Notes under the pieces: model-generated
Databases searched by the model: none
Told to the model about the DNA's origin: nothing
What the model saw: only the letters and a program-made list of their open reading frames with translations
Shown here: positions 34,871 to 44,138 of the stretch, in pieces
How the letters are laid out: each line of letters begins with the position of its first letter
How positions within the stretch are numbered: position 1 is the first letter of the stretch
Program-made: the position numbers and the translations under genes
IMG/VR virus record: IMGVR_UViG_2974621456_000001
Span: 4,870-68,869 of that record
Direction: 5' to 3' (one strand)
Source of the DNA: a virus
Lineage: Duplodnaviria > Caudoviricetes
Length of the DNA: 64,000 nt

Positions 34871-35296
34871 CTGCGTCCTAGGGGTGTCAACCCCTGTCAT
34901 CGCGTGTCGTGGCTCTGGTGGCCAGCCAGGGCTATGCTAGGGTGCCCCTAGATGGCACTGGGAAGGGTCGAGAACGTGCTTGAAACAGTTGAAATTTCGC
35001 AGTGTGATCACTGTATCTCCATTGCTCAATCAGACTCCAAAGGTGTTGTTATAAGCCAAGTTTCAGTTCCTACAAAAGAGTGGGATCAACTCTTGGCAAG
35101 CACAACAGAACAGCTCAAACACAAAGCCGATTTCCTAGACCTCATGTGCTTAATCACTGCGCAAAGGGTTCTATTGGAAACTAGCTAAGAGTCGTTGTTT
35201 CGTTGTTTAACAACAAGATTGAGGTTGTCGGGATACCCCGCCGTGGGTATCCTTGCAGTAGCAACAAGAGGCTACGGTCTCAGATGGGAGATACAA

Positions 35297-36091
35297 ATGG
35301 CACAACGAAAACCAGCCGTTGAGTTGGTAGAAGAACCCGAAACGAAAGAATCAACAAACTGGATTGAAGATGCCAACGAATTTGGACGGCATTTCAAGCA
35401 AGGTGGTTGGCGTTTGGGTCTTCTGGTAGCACGGAACTGCCTACCGTCGGTAGGTGGCAGGCCAACGAATGAGAGTCAAAACCGTCCACCAGTGGACAGT
35501 TTCACTGAAAAGACTTCCATTCGTGAATTCGCTGAAATTGCAGGGGTTTCCAAGTCAACGGTTGCGTACTACTTCAAAGCTTGGGAACTTGCTGCTGATG
35601 CTGGTCTGGTGCTTCATTCAAGCGATTTGAACCCTGGTGATGATGATTCAGGGGTCAGTGAGCTTGAAGAGGGCAACGAAGACGACGAAGAGCGACGGGA
35701 GAAGTGGAAGGTTTTCTATCGTCAAGCTCGAAACGGAGAGAAGAAACAAGCCGAGACCAAGGTAGAGGCAAAGCCCAAGGCGAATGAAAAGAAGCCAGAA
35801 CGCTTGCCGGTTTCGGATGACTCAGAAGATGAAAGCGATTCGGAGACAGACGAATTCGATGCCATCACGGCAGAGGAAATCGCTGAACTTGATTCGGCCA
35901 ATCGCAAAGCCGAAATCTTGGACCGACTCGAAACTCTGCGATCTGTTGATGAGTGGCTGAAATCCTTTGGGGGAGCACTGAACTCAGAGGAAACCCGCCT
36001 CATCGGTGAAATCGGTTTCATTGCACTTGATTTGAACACGATGGCCAAAGTTGCTATCGCAGAAGACGAATCAGTGTCAGTGGACCAGTAA
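35297..36091 (+). CDS. HTH DNA-binding protein with acidic regions
   Basis: ATG at 35297 after GGGAG; SIREFAEIAGVSKSTVAYY helix-turn-helix. Confidence 0.65.
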   Translation: MAQRKPAVELVEEPETKESTNWIEDANEFGRHFKQGGWRLGLLVARNCLPSVGGRPTNESQNRPPVDSFTEKTSIREFAEIAGVSKSTVAYYFKAWELAADAGLVLHSSDLNPGDDDSGVSELEEGNEDDEERREKWKVFYRQARNGEKKQAETKVEAKPKANEKKPERLPVSDDSEDESDSETDEFDAITAEEIAELDSANRKAEILDRLETLRSVDEWLKSFGGALNSEETRLIGEIGFIALDLNTMAKVAIAEDESVSVDQ

Positions 36092-36152
36092 GGGCCGGTT
36101 TGGTGGATATCTACGCTCTAGCCAAGTGGGAGCGCAAATCCACCAAACCCCT

Positions 36153-36224
36153 TGTCTCGTAGTGTAATTGGCAGCACAAGTGGTTTTGGTCCACTTAGTT
36201 TAGGTTCGAGTCCTAGCGAGACAG
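36153..36224 (+). tRNA. trnQ: tRNA-Gln (anticodon TTG), CCA not encoded
   Basis: Acceptor TGTCTCG/CGAGACA; D-arm; anticodon arm AGTGG-TTTTGGT-CCACT; T-loop TTCGAGT. Confidence 0.92.
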
Positions 36225-36332
36225 CTTAGATGCCAGTATCTATCTCTGTGGTGGAGAGAAAACTGGATCAATTCGCTTGGTAGCTCTAGGGACTCATAAT
36301 CCCGGGGAGCACACCACTACCAAGCGATGCGA

Positions 36333-36405
36333 GCTGCGCTAGCTCATTTGGTAGAGCAACGGACTTTTAATCCGTGGGTACAGGGTTCGATCCCCTGGCG
36401 CAGTA
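36333..36405 (+). tRNA. trnK: tRNA-Lys (anticodon TTT), CCA not encoded
   Basis: Acceptor GCTGCGC/GCGCAGT; D-arm GCTC/GAGC; ACGGA-CTTTTAA-TCCGT; CAGGG-TTCGATC-CCCTG. Confidence 0.95.
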
Positions 36406-36596
36406 CGGTTATCCATATAACCCGCATTAATGACTCTCTGAGTGCGTCAATAGCTGTAGAAGCGATATGCCCCAAGCGTATTGGGGGAAGGGCAGCTATC
36501 GGAGGGTTAGGTTGGCAACCTCAACAGCCACAAAGTCTCTTGCAGGACAACAGGTTTGATCGCTCACCTTCAAGTAGCGATTTTGAAAGGGTCGAA

Positions 36597-37444
36597 ATGG
36601 ATTGGCAATTTGAGACATTCAAAGCATGGGCCAGAATCATGGGCCATGACTGGATGAAAGACTTTGACCGCATAGATGAAAGCTCTTGGCAGTCAAAGCA
36701 ATCCGGTTATGTCTTCACAGTGAGCTATGGCTGATGCCCGCTGACTGGCTAAGTTGCTCAAAGCAGACCCGTAAGGCAATGGTTGACGTGATTAATGCCG
36801 CCAACCTGGTCCGAAACTCCAACCTTGAAAATTTTGATGACCGGATGGAAATCCTTTACGACATAACGGATTTGGTCGAAAAGATGCAGGACGATTGGGA
36901 AGCCAATCGGGGACGCAATTGGTCCGAGTATCGAGACGAATACCAGGACAAAAAGGGTATCTATCTAGGAACCCCGAAATGACCACTGAGACAACAGATT
37001 TCGTTACATTGACTCATGGCCAATACGAACGACTGATGGCAGATCACCGCAAGCTCAAGGCAATTCGTGAAGCCGTGGAAGAGTACATGTTGACGAAAAA
37101 GCTTGTGGCAGCGAAGGTTTCAGCTGGTCACCTACATCGGTTGCGGCGCAAGACATTAAGCAAAATCACGTTGTTGTTACAGAGCAAGGTTTGAAATGAT
37201 GAAAATAAAGGTTCGTACGTTCATCGCTTGTGAACAATGTGACAAAGAATTTGGTGGTCCCGATGCTGGTGACTACTCCGATTGGAACCCTATTGCCAAC
37301 GGAATGTCTTTGCCGGAATTCCTTGCAGGGGAAGCACTTTCGTTTGGGTGGTTCAGGGTCGTTTGGATGACAGAGGATGTGTTGCTGTGCTGCCAGCAAT
37401 GCGTGACTAAATGGATGAAAGAGGTTATGTCGCATGGCAACTGA
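36597..37444 (+). other. four small coupled hypothetical CDSs (36597-36734, 36734-36982, 36979-37194, 37196-37444)
   Basis: Stop/start overlaps and RBSs; the last has CEQC...CCQQC. Confidence 0.6.
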
Positions 37445-39287
37445 GACCGCAAAGCTACGGCGGGTCAGCAAGACAGAGCTTGAACTTACAGCGCCAAACG
37501 GCAAAACGAAGCTATACCCGTTCAGCTATGAAAATGCCTTAGCTGCAAGGGAATTGGCTAAAGGCAAGGGCTGGAAGGTTTCAGTAGAACCGAAGCTCAA
37601 AGAGTGGATCAAAAACGAGATAGCCAAACGTGATTGGCCACTTGAAATGATCCCACATGATTCAAATCTCGGAAAAGCGTTGGCAGGCAGATCATTTCAG
37701 CGTGAAGGTGTTGAGTTTTGCGTAGAGCATCGAAGTGTTCTCATTGCTGACGAACCTGGTCTAGGTAAGACCTTGCAGTCAATGAGCGCAGTGATTGAAA
37801 GTGGTTGCACTGGAACGATTTTGGTGGTTGCACCAAAGACCGCTGCATACGTTACGTGGCCACACGAATTACAGACTTGGGTGAATGAGGTTGCGCCATA
37901 TGATGAATGGGTCATCATGGGTGGCAAGATGACCAAGCTAGAGCGGATTCGCGCTATGAAGCGAATCATCCAGTGGGACATGGGAAAAGGCCGAATCGGC
38001 CCGCGACAGTGGGTTATCGTGTCTCCCAACTACTTACGTCTCAAAGCCAAATTAGACAAGAATCAAAACTTTGTGTACGACGATGACCGAAGCAAAATCA
38101 TTGTGCCAGTTCGTGAAGCAATGCCAGCATTATTGGCCATTGATTACGCTGCCGTAATCGTTGATGAAGCGCACCAAACCCTTTCTGGCGCAACAGGAAA
38201 CATCAAGAAACAGTCAGCGCAACGCCAGGGTCTTGGTCTACTTGAGGTCAAGGAAAATGGGTTACGAATTGCTGTGTCTGGCACGCCTTTTCGTGGAAAG
38301 CACGAAAACCTTTGGGGCACACTGAATTGGCTATACCCTGACAAATACACTGCCTATTGGTCATGGGTTCAAAAGCACTTCGCTACGTACGTTGACCCAA
38401 TGACGAACGCCACAACAGTTGGTGAGCTTAAGGACGAAACCAAGCTGGCAAAAGAGTTGCAGCACATCATGATTCGTCGCACCAAACAAGAGGTTGCAAA
38501 AGAGCTACCGCGCAAACGCTACGGCGGGACACCACTATTCAAGGGTGGCCCGATTGCCGTATGGCTGGATATGGAAGGTCAACAGAAGAAAGCCTATAAG
38601 GCTATGGTTGATAGCGCTATGGTTGAACTTGAAGGTGGCCGATTGATGGCCAATGGTGTTCTCGCAGAAATGATTCGGCTCAAGCAATTTGCGAACTCTT
38701 ACGGGTTCATGGGTGGGGATGACGAATTTTTCCCGACGTTCCCTAGCAACAAGTTTGATTGGATTATTGATTTCCTTGCTGATCGTGGCATTGATGGCAA
38801 GGGACCGGGAGAGTCGAAAGTCATTATTGCAAGCCAGTTTACTAAGCACATTGACCTCTTCGCCAAACGTCTTACAGAGCAACACAAAATCCCTGTTTTC
38901 ACTTTGACAGGAAAGACCAACGAAGATCAACGAATCATCCTGCAACGTGACTTTCAAAGGGGCACAACAGATTCCGGTGAATTTAGCCCTGACGTGTTTT
39001 TGCTCAACACAAAAGCTGGTGGAGTCTCGTTGACCCTTGATGCTGCCGATGATGTTGTCATCATTGACTCAACTTTCAACCCCGAAGACCAAGAGCAAGT
39101 AGAGGATCGTGCTCACCGGCTTTCACGATTGGACCACAACGTAACTATCTGGAATCTAGCCTCTACCAACAGCATTGACGAATCGATCTTGCGACACACT
39201 TACAAGATGGATACCTCATTGAAGAAAATTCTTGATGGAGAGCGTGGCGTAGACTTTGCCAAGATGCTATTGGCCGATGCTCTGTGA
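37434..39287 (+). CDS. SNF2-family DNA helicase
   Basis: ADEPGLGKT (Walker A), VDEAH (motif II), SGTP, and EDRAHR motif VI. Confidence 0.92.
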   Translation: MATETAKLRRVSKTELELTAPNGKTKLYPFSYENALAARELAKGKGWKVSVEPKLKEWIKNEIAKRDWPLEMIPHDSNLGKALAGRSFQREGVEFCVEHRSVLIADEPGLGKTLQSMSAVIESGCTGTILVVAPKTAAYVTWPHELQTWVNEVAPYDEWVIMGGKMTKLERIRAMKRIIQWDMGKGRIGPRQWVIVSPNYLRLKAKLDKNQNFVYDDDRSKIIVPVREAMPALLAIDYAAVIVDEAHQTLSGATGNIKKQSAQRQGLGLLEVKENGLRIAVSGTPFRGKHENLWGTLNWLYPDKYTAYWSWVQKHFATYVDPMTNATTVGELKDETKLAKELQHIMIRRTKQEVAKELPRKRYGGTPLFKGGPIAVWLDMEGQQKKAYKAMVDSAMVELEGGRLMANGVLAEMIRLKQFANSYGFMGGDDEFFPTFPSNKFDWIIDFLADRGIDGKGPGESKVIIASQFTKHIDLFAKRLTEQHKIPVFTLTGKTNEDQRIILQRDFQRGTTDSGEFSPDVFLLNTKAGGVSLTLDAADDVVIIDSTFNPEDQEQVEDRAHRLSRLDHNVTIWNLASTNSIDESILRHTYKMDTSLKKILDGERGVDFAKMLLADAL

Positions 39288-39613
39288 TTGAAATCGGTTC
39301 TCTTGCAATAGGTTTCAGCGTTGGTTTGATCACATCATCAATCTTGTTGATTGGGGTTCAAAGACGTTTGACCGCAAGGGTTCTCCGTCATGCCAAAATG
39401 GAAGCTACTGCCGATGACCTCGAAAAGCGCAGGTTAGCAACAGATTTCGGGATTGACGAACTGCCCCGCCTTGGTACTGGTCCAATCGCTGACGAAAGCA
39501 ACCTGTTTGAAGTCAGGCCAGGCCGGATGCATCTTGCTCACTTAGCTACAAAAAGAGGAAAAAAGTTGCCGGAATCGGTTGACCAGCAACAGAATCCGAC
39601 TACACTGGACTAG
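39284..39613 (+). CDS. membrane-anchored hypothetical protein
   Basis: N-terminal TM; GTGA overlap. Confidence 0.55.
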   Translation: MIEIGSLAIGFSVGLITSSILLIGVQRRLTARVLRHAKMEATADDLEKRRLATDFGIDELPRLGTGPIADESNLFEVRPGRMHLAHLATKRGKKLPESVDQQQNPTTLD

Positions 39614-39669
39614 GCAGGGGTCGAGAGACCAAGATCGAATAAGTCGAAAGATCAAGGGAGACAAAGCAA

Positions 39670-40122
39670 ATGACCGCAGACGTGGCAGACGCCAAGACCG
39701 ACGAAGGCTCGAAGAAGCGCGGTGGCCAGCGCGGGGAGCGTCCGTGGCGCGACAAGCCCACTGCCCGCGAGCGCGTGATGAATCAGAACCTTGCCGAATA
39801 CGTGAAAGAGGTTACGGGCAAGGATGTTTCGCCTGAGACCATCCGTGCGGTTCGATTCGGTCTGCCCAAGTGGAGCAACGCTGATTCCACAAAGGCACTC
39901 CGTGAGAACATGGACAAGAAGCTCGAAAAGGCCAAGCTGCAAGACAAGCGCGAAAAGGCTTTGGCCATGCTCAAAGAGGCCGAAAGCGAACTGTCCAAGT
40001 ACGATTCGGCCGGAGACCTCGAAGATGAGGACGAAGACGAAGACGACGAAGACGAGTCGTTTGATGAGTCCGATTCGGATGATTCCGATGAGTCTGACGA
40101 CGACGACGTTTTCGGTGACTAA
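39670..40122 (+). CDS. hypothetical protein with basic N-terminus and long D/E tail
   Basis: 150 aa; GGGAG RBS; the last ~35 residues are mostly D/E/S. Confidence 0.75.
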   Translation: MTADVADAKTDEGSKKRGGQRGERPWRDKPTARERVMNQNLAEYVKEVTGKDVSPETIRAVRFGLPKWSNADSTKALRENMDKKLEKAKLQDKREKALAMLKEAESELSKYDSAGDLEDEDEDEDDEDESFDESDSDDSDESDDDDVFGD

Positions 40123-40161
40123 CTGTCCACTTGTGGCCAGTAACAACTAAATAGGGGAAGC

Positions 40162-40330
40162 GCTACCGGGTAGGGATCGATACGGGTTTTCTTCCATCCT
40201 CCCCAAATCTCCCTATCCGGTAGCTCAAAAGGGTTGTGGGACAACTTGATTCCACAAGTCACTGGCGTAATCCGATGTGCTTGCACTACGTAGCCACACT
40301 AGATTGGAACATTTTTCCCACAACCCCTTT
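40162..40330 (+). ncRNA. two-domain structured sRNA candidate with an anti-AGGATGGAA apical loop
   Basis: 15-bp stem 40162-40176/40210-40224 capped by loop TTTTCTTCCATCCTC; second domain closed by an 11-bp stem 40231-40241/40316-40326. Confidence 0.6.
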
Positions 40331-40371
40331 GTGCAGCAACGCTTTCCATTCAGGGTCGATTTTAGAAACAG

Positions 40372-41412
40372 GTGGTTTCTGTGAATGATGTTCCATTGCT
40401 TCGCAATTCGGAACGTGTGGATTTCCGACGTTGCCCGCAACGCTGGCATTGGCGCTGGAACGAACATCTTGTACCAATTGACTTCTCTACTGGCCCTTTG
40501 GTTTTCGGCACGTTTGGTCATCTGGCCCTTGCTGAGTGGTATATCCCTGGCGCGGAACGTGGTCGTCACCCTGCCGAAACTTGGGATGAAATCACCAAAG
40601 ACTACATGGATGCCGTACGTAGTGACATAACGGGATACCTTGACGAAGAGACCGAAATGACGTGGGAAGATGCACGCGCACTTGGTCATTCGCTCTTGGT
40701 TGATTACGTGGAAGAATATGGCAAAGATGAGCAATGGGAAGTCCTTTGGGTGGAACACCCTGGTAATCAACTGATTCCGCATCCACGCAACAAAAACAAG
40801 GCCATCGTTGATTATGCCTTTACCCTTGACTTGATCGTTCGGGATCATGAGCACGGCGGGCGAATCCGCTACATCGATCATAAGTTCATGAAAGTTGTTC
40901 AAACCAACCATCTTTGGATTGATTCGCAAAACGGTGGTTACTTGGCCATTGGTACGCATCAGCTTCGTAAGGCTGGCGTGATTGGCCCGAAAGAGTCTGT
41001 CAGGGATTTGATTTACAACTTTGTTCGCAAGGCCAAACGAGATGAGCGAGAGCGCAACAGGTTTGGTGAGTACCTGAACAAAGATGGCTCTGTGAGCGCA
41101 CGGCAACCAACACCCCGATTTGTTCGGTATCCGGTGACAAAGACTGCCGCTGAACGCAATTCGCAGATTGACCACATTGGCAATGAAGCTCTTCACATGA
41201 AAGCCTTTCGGGATGGCAAGCTTTCGTTGCACAAGAATCCAACACGCGATTGCACTTGGGACTGTTCATTTTTCGCTCTCTGCCAAGTTCACGAATCAGG
41301 TGGAGACGTTGAAGAGACTAAGAAAATGCTCTATCGCAAAGAAGACCCGTACCAGGAATACAAGGATCACAGTAAGTCCATGAAGACCCTTGAAAGGCGA
41401 CTGAACGAATGA
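40372..41412 (+). CDS. Cas4/RecB-like PD-(D/E)XK exonuclease
   Basis: N-terminal RRCP plus C-terminal C..C.....C (1+3 Fe-S Cys layout); D-L...IDHK nuclease motif. Confidence 0.85.
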   Translation: MVSVNDVPLLRNSERVDFRRCPQRWHWRWNEHLVPIDFSTGPLVFGTFGHLALAEWYIPGAERGRHPAETWDEITKDYMDAVRSDITGYLDEETEMTWEDARALGHSLLVDYVEEYGKDEQWEVLWVEHPGNQLIPHPRNKNKAIVDYAFTLDLIVRDHEHGGRIRYIDHKFMKVVQTNHLWIDSQNGGYLAIGTHQLRKAGVIGPKESVRDLIYNFVRKAKRDERERNRFGEYLNKDGSVSARQPTPRFVRYPVTKTAAERNSQIDHIGNEALHMKAFRDGKLSLHKNPTRDCTWDCSFFALCQVHESGGDVEETKKMLYRKEDPYQEYKDHSKSMKTLERRLNE

Positions 41413-42233
41413 GCACAGATATGCCAGAGGACTTGTTGCCCGCTGAAATCGTTGGGCTGGAAGAGATTTCGCCTTATCCAAATATTCTGATCTTCTCAAA
41501 GTCAGGCGCGGGTAAAACCGTGTGGGGTTGCTCTGATGACCGTGTGCTAGTTCTGAATTGTGAACCAGAGGGCACGCTTTCGGCAAAGATGTTGGGCAGC
41601 AAGGCAAAACAGTGGACGATCCGCAACTACAAAGATTGGACCAAAGCAACCGATTGGCTGAAAAGGCTTGTGGAGCAAGGCAAGCCGATTCCTTTTGATG
41701 TTGTCTTTGTGGACTCCCTGACGTTCCTTCAAAAGATTCTCATGCGTGACATTCTTGATGATGTGGTGGCCAAAAAACCATCACGAGACCCTGACGTTCC
41801 AGACCGTCCCGAATACCTCAAGAATCAACTTGTGCTTATGCGTCAAGTTCGTGAACTGAATGCCCTTCCGGTAGTCATGGTTTGGTCAGCTTTGGTCAAG
41901 AAAGAATCTGACCCCGAAGGCAACGAGTTTCTGTTCCCTGACATTCAAGGCAGGGGTTACGGTCTGGCACAAGAGGTTTTGGCCGATATGACCTGCTTTG
42001 GCTACATGTACGTCAAGCCACGTCGCAACGCACAAGGCAAGCGCTTGGTTGATGCTGAAACTCGAAAGCCGTTGTCTGACAGGATCATTCAATGGGAAGA
42101 TATGGGAGCGATGCAGGGCAAAGACCGCTCCACTGTGCTTGGTGCTTCAACCAAGAATAAAACACTCAAGGAGGTACGGGAAAGGATGCAAAAGGCCATA
42201 GAAGAAGCGCGACAAAGCAATCCAGCAACTTAG
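41409..42233 (+). CDS. AAA_24/Sak4-like ATPase (putative recombinase)
   Basis: SKSGAGKT Walker A; VFVDSLT Walker B; lies between exonuclease and SSB-like gene. Confidence 0.8.
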   Translation: MSTDMPEDLLPAEIVGLEEISPYPNILIFSKSGAGKTVWGCSDDRVLVLNCEPEGTLSAKMLGSKAKQWTIRNYKDWTKATDWLKRLVEQGKPIPFDVVFVDSLTFLQKILMRDILDDVVAKKPSRDPDVPDRPEYLKNQLVLMRQVRELNALPVVMVWSALVKKESDPEGNEFLFPDIQGRGYGLAQEVLADMTCFGYMYVKPRRNAQGKRLVDAETRKPLSDRIIQWEDMGAMQGKDRSTVLGASTKNKTLKEVRERMQKAIEEARQSNPAT

Positions 42234-42259
42234 CAACTCAGCAAGTAAGGAAACTAGCA

Positions 42260-42916
42260 ATGCCAGTAATCAAGCCGAAGTTCGACGGTTCGGAAATGAC
42301 GTCAGGGTTTTACGATGGCCCTCCCCCGTCCCCTGGTCCCTATCGTGGTCGTCTAAAGAAGATGGGACTGGCCAAGATTGGCAGTGGAGACAACAAGGGA
42401 GAAGATCGAATTGCCCTCGTTGTTGAGATCACAAGCGGAAAGTTCAAGGGAGCGGGCATCGTTCACTCTCTGAACCTCATTACCTCTTCCGCTTGGGCAG
42501 TCAATCAGTTTCTTGACGCTCTCACCGACGGTTCGGAAAAGCAGAAGCTTGCTCTGCGAAAGTTGTTCTGGCAGAAGGGTTATGCCGTTGAGGACAACGA
42601 AGATGGAAAGATGGGTCGTCAATTCACGTCCATTGGTGGGAAGTTCAAGCCGATTGGTAAGCCGATCGCTTTCGTTACCAAGATGGATACCTCAACCAAG
42701 ACCGACGAACCGATTGCAGTAATCGATAAGTTCGTGGTTCCCCTTGAGGACTCGAAAGATGATGCAGGGGAAGAGGATTCGCTTGAATCCGTCTCGTCTG
42801 ATTCCGATGACTCCGATGATGATGTTGCGCTTGCTGATGATTCAGCAAGCGATGATGATTCGTCGGAAGCTGTTGCATCGGATGATGACGACGATGACCC
42901 GTGGGGCGACGATTAA
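42260..42916 (+). CDS. single-stranded DNA-binding protein-like (DUF669-type)
   Basis: Follows exonuclease and ATPase; very acidic C-terminal tail ending DPWGDD. Confidence 0.65.
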   Translation: MPVIKPKFDGSEMTSGFYDGPPPSPGPYRGRLKKMGLAKIGSGDNKGEDRIALVVEITSGKFKGAGIVHSLNLITSSAWAVNQFLDALTDGSEKQKLALRKLFWQKGYAVEDNEDGKMGRQFTSIGGKFKPIGKPIAFVTKMDTSTKTDEPIAVIDKFVVPLEDSKDDAGEEDSLESVSSDSDDSDDDVALADDSASDDDSSEAVASDDDDDDPWGDD

Positions 42917-42949
42917 CAACTGAATAGGCCAGGCACGGCCAATTGAATT

Positions 42950-42991
42950 GGGCAGTGCCGTAGTCCAAAACGATTGCGGCACTGCCCTTTT
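42950..42991 (+). terminator. rho-independent terminator
   Basis: 13-bp stem GGGCAGTGCCGTA / TGCGGCACTGCCC followed by TTTT. Confidence 0.8.
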
Positions 42992-43038
42992 CAAGACCTA
43001 CCACTATGAGACTTTATGAGGATGTGTGAGGGAATCAA

Positions 43039-43669
43039 ATGGCTAAAATTATTCTAGAGGTCACCTATCCCGTAGACCTCAAGCACTACCCGAAAGAAGT
43101 CAAAAACGAAACAGAGGCAATGCTTTTCGATTGTCGGGTCATCGAGTCTGGCGAAGGTGACATTGGCTTGATCATCGAGAATGACCTGAAAATCGTTGGG
43201 GTACAAGATGAATCGGGGTTACATAAGCTATGATCGGCGAAATCTCGGTTAACAAGCGCAATGCACTAAGCCACGCAATGCATTTGGCAGATATTCAAGC
43301 AACACACTGTGGCGCATCAGTTGAATCCGGCAAGATCGTTGAAGATGCTAAGTGCTTCTTTGACTTTCTAGAAGGCAAGGAAAAATGAGTAGCGGCATTC
43401 AGGTCATCATTCCAATTGAGGTTTTCGGGGAAGCGGAAAGCCTTACGCCACAAGCGATTTCGGAAGCTCTGACCAAAGCAAAGAGCAACACGGAAGAGAT
43501 TGCCAAGGCCAAGTCAACGGTCAATCTCTTGCTACGAATCATCAAGGAACAGGGTAACCGTTTGGAGCAAATCGTTGAAGGTGGTCATGATCCAATGACC
43601 CAAGCAAGAGAAGTACGCAAGATGATTGCGGACCTGAAAAGCTTTGACATTAGGGAGGATTTGAAGTGA
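43039..43669 (+). other. three small hypothetical CDSs (43039-43233, 43230-43388, 43385-43669)
   Basis: ATGA-coupled ORFs with RBS on the first. Confidence 0.6.
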
Positions 43670-44133
43670 ACAACCCTGAATACATGAACGATAAAGGGGC
43701 ACTGTCCACCAGTGGACAGTTAACCGTGATGAATGGCCTTGCCGTTCTGAAAGAAGCTGTGACACTGAACAATTACGAAAAAGGTTGGCGCTCACCGGAT
43801 TCCACAAAGAGACCAGTGGGAGAGCTTGCGGCACTTCTGCATTCAGAGGTTACAGAAGCCTTTGAGTCATACCGGGACAACGAACCACAACTTGCCTATG
43901 AGTACAACTTTGATGGTCGCAAGGAAATCATGGTTACCCCTACGTACTTGGTTCCCGGTCACTCAGAGCCGTTGATAGGCAAGCCAATTGGAATGGCAAG
44001 TGAGTTGGCCGATGTGATCATTCGCGTGCTTGATTGGGCCGATGAGCACGATGTGCCAGTGATTCAGGCAGTGCTCGAAAAGCACGCATACAATCAGACC
44101 AGAGCTTTCAGGCACGGCGGGAAACTGGTCTAG
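43666..44133 (+). CDS. MazG-like nucleotide pyrophosphohydrolase
   Basis: LLHSEVTEAFE...ELADVIIRVLD motif pair. Confidence 0.8.
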   Translation: MNNPEYMNDKGALSTSGQLTVMNGLAVLKEAVTLNNYEKGWRSPDSTKRPVGELAALLHSEVTEAFESYRDNEPQLAYEYNFDGRKEIMVTPTYLVPGHSEPLIGKPIGMASELADVIIRVLDWADEHDVPVIQAVLEKHAYNQTRAFRHGGKLV

Positions 44134-44138
44134 TTCCA

